This document shows positions 53,799 to 64,000 of a stretch of DNA of 64,000 bases, piece after piece (within the stretch, counting starts at the first letter, position 1; every line of letters starts with the position of its first letter). Below the pieces are notes generated by a model. It did no database searches. It was not told where the DNA came from and saw only the letters and a program-made list of their open reading frames with translations. The stretch is from Octopus sinensis (lineage: Eukaryota). Position numbers and translations under genes: made by a program. The stretch lies in assembly GCF_006345805.1 (NCBI RefSeq), contig NC_043009.1:65348001-65412000 (forward strand), in the 5' to 3' direction.

Positions 53799-53865
53799 CT
53801 CTGTCTGTCTATCTATCTATCTGTCTATCTATCTATCTATCTATCTATTTATCTATCTATCTATA
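53638..53865. repeat. (TATC)n tetranucleotide microsatellite
   Basis: Direct reading; similar tracts lie at 5745-5870 and 45330-45400. Confidence 0.95.
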
Positions 53866-53874
53866 TCTTGACGA

Positions 53875-54190
53875 ACAAAAGTGTGGAGTAGTGAGAACGC
53901 GTTTGAGGAGGCCAGGATAACACATGCAAGACTCAGGAGAGATTTAATGAAAAGTGTTTTGATGGAGAAGGTGAATCACAGTGACCTTTTGGTGTGCACA
54001 GTTTGTGACAGACCATGCCTTTCTTTTGCTGGGCTCAAATCTCATTTGAAGCCCATGAATAACGAACCTCCACCAACTATTCTGCCTATATACCTGTGCA
54101 CACCTTTCAATTCTGTGTATGCCATAAGGTTTGCAAATCTAACGGAGGCCTCAAAAGACATTTTAAGATCCACAAAAGTCAGAACTTAAC
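53875..54190 (+). mobile_element. RTE-clade LINE 3' fragment (C-terminal CxxC-R-C-S-GL-SH zinc-finger-like motif)
   Basis: FEEARI...LLVCTVCDRPCLSFAGLKSHLK. Confidence 0.65.
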
Positions 54191-54389
54191 TGCAGATCTT
54201 GGTGGTCCAGATTAGATATGCAATCTATATGGGTGTCTTTCCAATACATTATCTGGCTTAAAAATTACATCAAGCGCCATGATGGACCAGAGGTGGTCAG
54301 ACTCTGCACAAGGAGTAGACAACCACCATATATATATGTATATATATATATACATATATATATATATGTATATATACATACATGCGTAA

Positions 54390-54466
<77 letters not shown>

Positions 54467-54650
54467 ATATTAGTGTGTATAACTCCAAAGTTACAGGGAC
54501 AAATTCAATTTAGTATTAAATCAAATTTCACAATATAAATATATAAAATTTTGCTATATATAAATATATAAATTATCTCTAATTTACAATATATAAATAT
54601 ATATACATATATATGTAAGTATGTATATGTATATAGATAGATAGATATGT

Positions 54651-54698
<48 letters not shown>

Positions 54699-56570
54699 AG
54701 GGGATGATTTTATAGCTTCGTTAAACCGAAGAGCAAAATTAAAACAAAAACAGGACTGCAGCTGGAAGTGGTCAGGTGAGACACGGAGGCGAAAGGAGAA
54801 ATAAACTGAAAAGTATAATGACTAAACCCTCCAATCAGTCAAAACAACTGTTTATCACCATTGGACGGTCTATTATTTTAACATATATTTATATTCGACT
54901 TTTGATAATTTGGGAATGATACAAAGTTGTTTTGACCGATTGAAGTGTTTAGTCATTTATTTTTCCTATATATATATACACACTAGTTTTCATCTACCAA
55001 ATCCACTCACGTGGCTCTGGTCGGCCTGAGGCTATAATAGTAGACACTTGTCGAAAGTGCCATGGGGTTGGGTTGTAAAATTCGTACCGCACAGCCACGC
55101 CTATGCCTTTACATAGAAAAATGTATTCATATACTCCTAGAGAGCATATCAATACACAACCAGAAATGCACAGACGAACAGAAATACTCTTTTATACACA
55201 CAAATCACAGACCCTGATATTTGTACATAAACATTAACCAACAGACAAACATATACAAAAGTGTACACGGTAAAATATATACCTTCTTACACCCTCACAT
55301 TCGCAGGTGACTCGCACATGCGTATTTACACTTTAACACATGTACGAATATAAATAAATACATGCATACACGCATATGTATGCGCAATCGTGCGTACATA
55401 GATATATATACAAAGAAATACAGACAGCATAGATGTCTCTCACGCACACACACACCACACATATGTACGCAAAAAGAATTGCGAATACTCGCACGCGCCG
55501 CACACACACACACACAGAGCGCGCTATAAACAACAGAAAAAAATATATACAAAGCGACACGAAACCATAAAAAAATCTGTGGATATAAAAATATAAAGGA
55601 AAATAAAGAATGGAAAGGAATGGATTTTTCCGAAATGGATACAGTTCTGATGCCAATAGCACCGTTTTCTGCGAATTGAAGCTGATTTGCTAAAAGCGGT
55701 ATGGCCACAGGTGTTTTATTTAGGAAAGAACGAGGGAAAAAATGTGTCTAAAATTATGTTAGAGATGAGAAAGAAGAGTGAGTGTGAGAGAGAGAGAGAG
55801 AGAGAGGAGAGAGAAGAGAGAGAGGAGAGAAATTATATGAGCCACACGGAAAACTTTAACATAAACTACAAGGAAAATAAATACATTAGAATGCGACTCC
55901 CACCCAATAAATACATTAACAAATGACAACAAATGATTTTATGTAACAAATAGAAAAAAAACTAAGCGAAGTCGGTGACGAAATAGCCACAACTGGAATA
56001 ATATCGGCATCAAAGAATATTCTGGAAAAAAAAATGCAGCAACGGTAATGAGGACATGAATTATTAGTGAGACGATATGGGAGCTTCTGTATGCCGATCA
56101 GACCTGCTAGAATTAGCAACAAAATCTCCCTCATTTCCCCCTGTACGCACAACACGTTGGAAAATATAGTCGTGGATATTTATCCTGTAAAATGATGAAT
56201 AGTTGTGAAAGGAAGTTTGAGCCGAAGTAAAGAACAAGAATAACGGCATTTGCTGTAATTTCAGAACATACAGTTTATCTAAGAATAGCAGCAAAATTTC
56301 CATCATGTCACACCATACAATCTCGTAAAATTGGAATTATTCATGGGATGATGTAGTTTCAAAAAAATATCGACGTAATGCTCCTGAGTGAAACGTATAT
56401 AAAGATGTCTAGAGGTTCAGTGATTTGAAATAAGAACCACGAGATAAAAACCGCTGATATGGTATACGACAGGTTTCTTCGATATGTCAGAAACAGCTGT
56501 TATACCCACTTCAAGTATACCTTACCAGCTTGGAACAGGGAGATTGTTAATGATATAATCCTTGGCTGGC

Positions 56571-56652
<82 letters not shown>

Positions 56653-56824
56653 TTAATAATAATAATAATAGCAAAAGAAAGAAGAGTGCCATTGTTATCA
56701 AGTGAACGATATTTCGTCATCTAGTGTGCCTTCCACGGGTTAAAAAAATAAACTTGTCTATCCAATAATAATAATAATTATAATAATAATAATAGTTTCC
56801 TTATTGACCACAAATGGTTTACAT

Positions 56825-57090
56825 TAAGAAAGAAGAAGAAGGAGGAGGAGGAGGAGGAGGAGGAGGAAGAAGAGGAGGAGGAAGAAGAAGAAGAAGAAGT
56901 AGAAGAAGGAGAAGAAGAGAAAAGGAGGAGAAGAAGAAGAAGGAGGAGGAGGAGGAGGAGGAGGAGAAGAAGAAGGAGAAGAGGAAGAAGAAGGAGGATG
57001 AGGATGAGGACGAGGACGAGGAGGAGGAGGAGGAGAAGAAGAAGAACAAGAAGAAGAAGAAGAAGAAGAAGAAGAAGAAGAAGAAGAAGA
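56825..57090. repeat. Compound (GAA/GGA)n purine tract
   Basis: Direct reading. Confidence 0.95.
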
Positions 57091-57375
57091 ATTTGGAATA
57101 TGAAAATTGTAAAGACTGTGCCTATAATAATTGGTGAATTGGGAACTGTGAGCAAAGATATAGAGAAATGGTTGAAGGAGAATGGAATAGAATGTAGAGC
57201 TTTTACAAATAGTTTTGACTCTTAGGAACAGGAAAGATTATCGGGAGGGTCTTAAGCACTTGAAAGACTATCGAAAGATTGTGGATAACTAAGATTACAG
57301 GGAGTAAACCGCTACCCACGAAAATCCTACCAGGAATATGAACGAACCTGAGGAAAATCAAAAATAAATAATGAT
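57090..57375 (+). mobile_element. R4/Dong-like 3' fragment
   Basis: IWNMKIVKTVPIIIGELGTVSKDIEKWLKENGIEC, then after frameshifts GTGKIIGRVLST*. Confidence 0.7.
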
Positions 57376-57691
57376 TTATAAAATAGAATGAAATGAAAAA
57401 CTTGCGGTTTGCTAAAATATTACTGATCAGGAAACAAAAAAGTAAAATGATGCTGTGTTTCTTTTCCTATTTCATAAGAACTTAGAAGAATCTGGAAGAA
57501 AATCAAACAAATATCTCACTGTATTACTGGTATGATTATATACGCTTACACTTTTACCTTATATATATCAATATGTTGCATACAAGTCCTTTCCTCGAGA
57601 CAAAGCGATACATATATGATTATATATATATATATATATATGCAAAATAATAAATAAAACCTATATCTTTGGTTATATATGTATGTATGTG

Positions 57692-57723
<32 letters not shown>

Positions 57724-57725
57724 AG

Positions 57726-57766
<41 letters not shown>

Positions 57767-57888
57767 ACAATCAAGGAACGACATAATAGGCCATTCACCC
57801 ACTAGAAATAACAGCCAAAGCTTCAACCGCATATAAAATCAATTCCGTAAACCAGGAGAAAATTAAAAAAACATTTACCCTGTAATTT

Positions 57889-57985
57889 CTTATACGATGC
57901 ACCGTTTCATCTGCTGTTTAATGGTAACTAACCTGATTAATTAAATCAAGCCAATCTTCCATAGGCCCTCAGATTCTTCAGTAAG
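57889..57985 (-). ncRNA. Type I hammerhead ribozyme, inverted twin
   Basis: Reverse complement of the plus-strand HHR with an intact CTGAAGA, GAAAC and GTA. Confidence 0.8.
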
Positions 57986-57986
57986 A

Positions 57987-58083
57987 CTTACTGAAGAATC
58001 TGAGGGCCTATGGAAGATTGGCTGATTTAATTTAATCAGGTTAGTTTACCATTAACAGCAGATGAAACGGTGCATCGTATAAG
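57987..58083 (+). ncRNA. Type I hammerhead ribozyme (CUGAAGA core)
   Basis: CTTA-CTGAAGA (57991-57997)-ATCTG...CAGAT-GAAAC (58064-58068)-GGTGCATC-GTA (58077-58079)-TAAG. Confidence 0.85.
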
Positions 58084-58341
58084 AAATTACAGGGTAAATG
58101 TTTTTTTAATTTTCTCCTGGTTTACGGAATTGATTTTATTTGCGGTTGAAGCTTTGGCTGTTATTCTAGTGGGTGAATGGCCTATTATGGCCGTTCCTTG
58201 ATTGTTGATGTTGAACTTAAAAATGGTCTATGACTATTTAATTTTTTCCCACTAGGCCGCTGGTGGCAAAAAAATTCTACAAAATTTTTTTGCCACCCTA
58301 TATTGATTAAATATATATATATATATATATATATACATATG

Positions 58342-58404
<63 letters not shown>

Positions 58405-58409
58405 CATAT

Positions 58410-58447
<38 letters not shown>

Positions 58448-58795
58448 ATATAATTTTATTATTGCGTGTGTGTGTGTGTGTGTCTGTGTGTGCGTGCGGA
58501 TTATCAATCCGGGCAAAATACATCATAAGCTCTCTGTTGGCCGAATAGGCTAACAATATTACTTAGATCTCTGATGAATTCCAGGTATTCTTATGGCAGG
58601 TTCCAAGGTTATGGTTCATTATAATTCTATATTTTAGATCCGTGGATGGGTTCCTGACAAACTGATTTTTACAAAGAGTGATGCATAAGAAACAAGTGAA
58701 ACATAATGGTCATTACACGGGGGAGGGAAGAGAAGAAGACGGAAAGATGCAAGTAGAATAAAGAACAGGGGAAGGCGAGTTACTTACACACATAC

Positions 58796-59119
58796 ATGCA
58801 TAATTTACCGCCTTCAGACTATCATCTCTTTGGCCCCTTGGAAGAGGGTTTGAGAGGTAAACATTATTCCAGTGACCAGGAAGTGAAAACTGTAGTGAAA
58901 AAATGGCTCAAAGTACAGTCAATAGAATTTTACAAGGCAGGGATACATACTCTCATTCGAAGGTGGAACGTTGCTATTGAGAGAAACGGGAACTATGTTG
59001 AGAAGTAGGGATGTGATTCACAGAGGACCAGCTTCATTTTGATGTATGATACATGTTCCTGTGTTGGTAGTTATACCTGTCCTAAACAAATTGGCATTAC
59101 TTTTCGACTCACCTCGTAT
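58796..59119 (+). mobile_element. mariner transposase 3' fragment with right TIR
   Basis: LPPSDYHLFGPLEEGLRGKHY...FYKAGIHTLIRRWNVAIERNGNYVEK* followed by TIR-like GCATTACTTTTCGACTCACCTCG|TA. Confidence 0.85.
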
Positions 59120-59439
59120 TACATATAATATATATATTATATATATATATATATATATATGTGTTCTGTGTGTGTGTGTGTGTGTGTGTGTGGTGTTGTG
59201 TTGTGTGTGGTGTGTGTGTGTGTGGTGTGTGTGTTGTGGTGAGTGTGTGTGATGGATTTCCCTGTCGAAGACGACGTATGAGCGTTCAGCTTTTTGCCGA
59301 ACGACCTGCACAAAAGATTTGTTTATAGGGATGAAACGTTCGTGCTGCACATTAGCTCCTTCTCTCCATCAAATCAACGTTGTCTGAACAGGTGCACTGT
59401 ATGCTATGCCGCAGGTGTCGGAGTGATCACAGAGAAAGG

Positions 59440-59526
59440 TGAGATGGAGGGTTTTGCTCAAGAACACAACGCACCACCCGATCTAGAAATCGTGAGCGCA
59501 ACACCCTAACCACTGATTCATACACC
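59440..59526 (-). mobile_element. tRNA-derived SINE head fragment
   Basis: Minus strand CAGTGGTTAGGGTGTTGCGCTCACGA...GCGTTGTGTTCTTGAGCAAAAC. Confidence 0.55.
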
Positions 59527-60653
59527 CTCACAATATGTGTGTGTGTTTGTGTGTGTGTGTAGATAGATGGATAGATAGCTAGCTAGCTAGATGGATGGAT
59601 AGATAGATAAATATAGCTGTCATATGCATACACTCCATGGCCACGCTTAGTTTTTGCCTATACAAAAATGGATATATTGACATGGATTCCAAATAGAAGT
59701 GATAAACCCCTAATCGAAAGAGAATGAGAAAAAATTCCTCGCCGCAAAAAGACAAACAGATAAAGATATTAATGAATAAAGAAAAAGAGCGTTTGTTTAA
59801 AATGTATATTCAAACAAGATATGAACGAAATTATGTAAGTATACAAAATGATGTTGAATAACACCATTAATGCAACATTGTATAACAACCTATGAAGCAT
59901 GCATACAGTATGCATCGGTTTACGTATCATGAACTAAATGCCCTCACACTATACAGCAAAGGAACAAGTTATGAAAACAACTTCTAGGAACAAAATACAA
60001 CAGGCATTTCAACCAATCGCAAACTAGTATGAATAATACATTTTAAAATCAGTAATGGTAATATCCTCATCAAAACAGCACAATACTGCAAGGTGCTGCA
60101 TCAACATCAAATGACTAATGCAATTTGCATTTTCAGTTGCATGCATGAAAGCTGTAAACTCTATGACTCCAGCCCTACTATAACACTGAATGTGCAATTA
60201 CCAAATTTTCTTGCCTGTCAGCAACTCGTCTCGAACAAAGAACCATTAAAACGCAATACACTCAACGCATCAAAACAGAATTTGGTATTACACAAAAAAA
60301 AAATATGTCGACAGTAAAAATAACTTATAATAGATTAGCAAACCAAAGTCACCTGAGTTGGTCATGCAATTTTTATATAAAATAGTTTATGTTCCTGATT
60401 GATTATAACACAGACCGGAAGGTGCACAAAGTGTACCATTCCAACGAACAAAAGTTGAGATATTTCAGCTGAACTGTTTTCTAATTGTTGGAAAAGACAA
60501 TGGCGTTAACAGTCAGAAGATTCAGGAAGAATGATTAAGAATAAAAACAATTGCGATTCTTGTCTACAAAACAATGTCGATGATATCCACTAAGAAACCA
60601 GCTTCAAAAATTCACGTTAAAAGAAAGCAATTCCTCATCTGCTTCTCTGTCTC

Positions 60654-60688
<35 letters not shown>

Positions 60689-60724
60689 TTCTCTCTCGTA
60701 GCCCTCTCTCTCCATACTGAAACA

Positions 60725-60774
<50 letters not shown>

Positions 60775-60858
60775 GATATATATATATATATTGTGTGGAT
60801 GTGTGTGTGATATATATATATGTGATAGTATAATATATATATATATATATATAATATA

Positions 60859-60901
<43 letters not shown>

Positions 60902-61429
60902 TATAATCATCGAGTAAACCAGCCAATTGCGAAGATAACCGGGAACTCGACTGAGGAAAGAAAACTCCGAATGACCTACCCTTGTTTTTTTCTTGTCCCT
61001 TTTTGCATTCCTTTTTATATACATATAGCGGCGTGCGTACCAATCTTCCTTTAGATCGAATACACTGTAAAAACTTTAATCTGGATTGCTGATCTTGTCG
61101 ATCCCCAATGTGCAAGAATCCTAGAAATATTCAATCACAAGATATCTTGCGGGGTTCTTCTCTAGGAAAATGCGATTCGAGGGAATTTTGCTGCTTGCTC
61201 TTTCTAGCAATTCAGTAGACCAAACAGAAGCTCTCACGTTTGCTCAACATTACCTCAGTTTCTGGAATTGGCGGCCTAGAGAGACACTGTTCTCCATTAA
61301 TTTTGGTTAGAAGTATGTAAGAAAAGACAAATTTTGGCGTGACGTAAAATTTGTAACATCTAACATTGTCAAGATTGCATTCTTTCAAGAAATCTAGAAT
61401 GTTCAAAATGTCTGTTTCCACGAGGAGTT

Positions 61430-61717
61430 ATCAATTTTAAGTCCTGGCATTTGATATCTTATCAATTTATGTAGTGACACTTCTTAGTTTATCGATTTTT
61501 ATCCTGTCATTCCACATTTTAACAATTTATATAATATCACTACACTATTATATCAATTTATACATATTCCACACTCTAACAAGTTATATACCTTCATCCT
61601 TTTATCAATGTTTGTAATGACATATTTCAGGTTTTCGTTTTATATAATGAAACACCGCAATTTATCATCTGATATATATATACATATATATACATAATAT
61701 ATATATATTATATATAT

Positions 61718-61767
<50 letters not shown>

Positions 61768-61910
61768 ATATAATATATGATTGAGATATAAGCATATTTT
61801 TTCTTCCAAGTTTACGTGTACACAAACGTTTGTTTTAAGTATAATTGTACATACATACATAAACACACCCACACACCATACACACACACACACCACACAC
61901 GCACACACAC

Positions 61911-61942
<32 letters not shown>

Positions 61943-62460
61943 GTGGTTAGGGCATTCGGCTCGCGATCTTAAGGTCGTGAGTTCAATTCCCGGTGACGCA
62001 TTGTATCCTTCAGTAAAACACTTTATTTCACGTTGCCCCAGTCCACTCAGCTGGCAAAAATGAGTTGTACTTATATTACAATAACACTCCACTACTTACT
62101 ATTTTTCTCCATAGTTTATCAACACATATCTTGACACAAATACTTTATCAATTTATGTAGAAGTAACACTCACAATTTATTCGGTTTTGTAATAACACTC
62201 CAAAATTTCTGGATTTATCTTATGGCTATTTAAATCCTCACCCAATAAATTTCATCTTTTTATGTCCTGACACTCCACAACTCATTAAAATCCGTTTACC
62301 TGCCTATGACATACTACAGTTTATCAATTTAAGTAATAACACTCCACAATTTATCAACTCGCCTAACAACACTCCTGAGTGTATCAATTGACGTAGTGAT
62401 ATTTCACTGCTTGTCATTTTACGTAATGACATTCTACGATATATCTACTCATGCCAATCC
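61430..62460. repeat. Highly degenerate ~30 bp minisatellite (approximate consensus GTAATAACACTCCACAATTTATCAATTTA), interrupted by microsatellites and a SINE
   Basis: Repeated AACACTCC(AC)A and TTTATCAATTTA motifs at ~25-35 bp spacing on both sides of the interruption. Confidence 0.55.
61943..62072 (+). mobile_element. tRNA-derived SINE with a central conserved-domain-like body
   Basis: GTGGTTAGGGCATTCGGCTCGCG...GAGTTCAATTCCCGG...AAACACTTTATTTCACGTTGCCCCAGTCCACTCAGCTGGCAAAAATGAG. Confidence 0.7.
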
Positions 62461-62803
62461 CTCTCCATAGTTCATAAACTCACTCAAGGGCATAGTTTAT
62501 CTCTACGTCTTCATATTTCCTGGCACTATATTTATCATAGGTCCTTGTCATGCTACAATGTATCAGATATCAGTGATATTGATTTCTATCCGGAAAACCA
62601 ATCAATATCACTAATCTACAAACACGCCGTCGTTGCAAAAGCATTATTCATTTTTGAAATGATTATCAGTTACGCATTTTGGGATCTTGGTTGACCAATT
62701 AAACCTCACTCCAGTATTTAGCTAAAATATCTTTTTACGGTAACTGTTACTGATACTTGAAGTCCAAATCTTGAAGTAGCAAATGTATTATTGTAAAATA
62801 ACA

Positions 62804-63136
62804 GTGGCATCTTGAGCAAGTGTCTTCTGCTATAGCCCCGGGCCGACCAATGCCTTGTGAGTGGATTTGGTAGACGGAAACTGAAAGAAGCCTGTCGTAT
62901 ATATGTATATATATGTATGTGTGTGTTTGTGTGTCTGTGTTTGTCCCCTAGCATTGCTTGACAACCGATGCTGGTGCGTTTATGTCCCCGTTACTTAGCG
63001 GTTCGGCAAAAGAGACCGATAGATAAGTACTGGGCTTACAAAAGAATAAGTCCTGGGGTCGAGTTGCTCGATTAAAGGCGGTGCTCCAGCATGGCCGCAG
63101 TCAAATGACTGAAACAAGTAAAAGAGTAAAAGAGTA
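62804..63136 (+). mobile_element. SINE, GCGTGGCTG family, young 5'-truncated copy
   Basis: Well-preserved CTTGAGCAAGTGTCTTCTGCTATAGCCCCGGGCCGACC...GGTTCGGCAAAAGAGACCGATAG...GTAAAAGAGTAAAAGAG. Confidence 0.85.
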
Positions 63137-63739
63137 ACATTTACAGTACCCAAAGCCTTCTGATCCGCTGAACTTGAACACACTTTTTTTTTTTTGATTA
63201 CTAAATCACGTATAAGATTTGTTTTCTGTTGTATTTCAACATACAGAATTACTCCAATGGTCGAGTCTATTTTCCATTCTAACCGCCAGTATTGCAAAAA
63301 ATATGGCTTATCGAAATTAGATAGGAAGAGGAATCTTAGAAAAGTCAACTCTATCATTGCAATCGCGGTAGCAGTCCGTACACAGCAATTGACAAATGGG
63401 AAACCGTTCGATTGTTCCAGCAGCTCAGCTTTTGGCAAATATTGTAATGAATCGGCTCTACCTAACTGGAGATCGAAGACTAACAAACTACAAAAGCATT
63501 TTTTTAAAGGATCGAGAATATATATTCGTAGGTGTGTGTGTGTGTGTGTGTGTGTGCGTATTCATTTACATTTATATGTATATAAGTGCATATGTGGTGC
63601 AAGTAGAAATTATTGAAAATATCTGGTTAAATCTTGCAGCCACCCCGGGTGCAAAATGATGATCAATTTTTCGATTGAGTTATTTAAAAATATCTCAACA
63701 ACACCGCATCTTACAGAAGAAAAAAACAACCAAACAATT

Positions 63740-63795
<56 letters not shown>

Positions 63796-63823
63796 GGTGG
63801 TGGTGGTGGTCGTCGTCGTCGTC
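63740..63823. repeat. Compound (TAG)n-(TGG)n-(TCG)n microsatellite
   Basis: Direct reading. Confidence 0.95.
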
Positions 63824-64000
63824 AATGATTTGTTTTCTTTATATGTACGTATAGATTGTTGGGGTTTCGATAAGTAGAGATGTGTTTGTACATTTTTTTT
63901 CCAAAGTTGATTTCGTTTTACGTATTGTTTAAAAAGTCACGTGAGAATCTCGCCAAAATGTCTCACGATAAATGAATTTATTACTTCTCTATGTTAAATC

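Larger units (their letters stand above)
57763..58310 (+). mobile_element. Diverged relative of the 470 bp HHR family: 447 bp palindrome (57763-58209, centre 57986) plus a 3' tail
   Basis: The arms are near-perfect reverse complements. The plus arm aligns colinearly with the 470 bp unit and ends at the same point (GCCACCCTATATTGATTAA vs GCTACCCTAAATTGATTAA) before (TA)n. Confidence 0.85.

Noticed and set aside
58570-58620. Other isolated CTGATGA/CTGACGA hits (also ~5396, 14021, 36895, 39964, 47060, 50197)
   Set aside because: No correctly placed GAAA, NUH or closing stems; these are expected by chance or lie inside other repeats.
59254-59345. CTGTCGAAGAC...GAAACGTT, a possible fourth variant-core hammerhead
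   Set aside because: I could not build a stem II or stem I linking the two halves.
61212-61421. 69 aa non-repetitive ORF (METDILNILDFLKEC...) with a GAG|GTAATG donor-like site
   Set aside because: It has a GTG start, no recognisable domain and no convincing acceptor. It is too short to call an exon without RNA data.

Overview
This is a 64 kb, AT-rich, repeat-saturated animal window with one 100-N gap. The SINE heads and tails and the microsatellite load resemble octopod cephalopod (Octopus-like) DNA; this is inference from recalled sequence, not a database search. I can support no host protein-coding exon: the ORF track is almost all microsatellite translation, and the real coding remnants come from decayed transposons (Tc1, mariner, Chapaev-like, R4/Dong, CR1-like, RTE). 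The main signal is RNA-level. At least three unrelated families of non-coding elements carrying type I hammerhead ribozymes (HHR) lie here, all embedded in (TA)n tracts. They are a ~6.7 x 470 bp array (1.4-4.8 kb), a ~2.2 x 551 bp array (19.7-21.2 kb), a solo long-stem HHR (21.5 kb), and a 447 bp palindrome with two back-to-back HHRs (57.8-58.3 kb) that is a diverged, covarying relative of the 470 bp family. Three loci share one layout: (TA)n, an inverted partial copy at the 5' end, HHR-sense unit(s), then (TA)n. This fits retrozyme-like or Penelope-like-element (PLE)-mobilised RNAs. A minimal HHR-like variant with a CUGUNGAA core occurs three times. All folds were deduced by eye, and copy-to-copy indels look like long-read noise.
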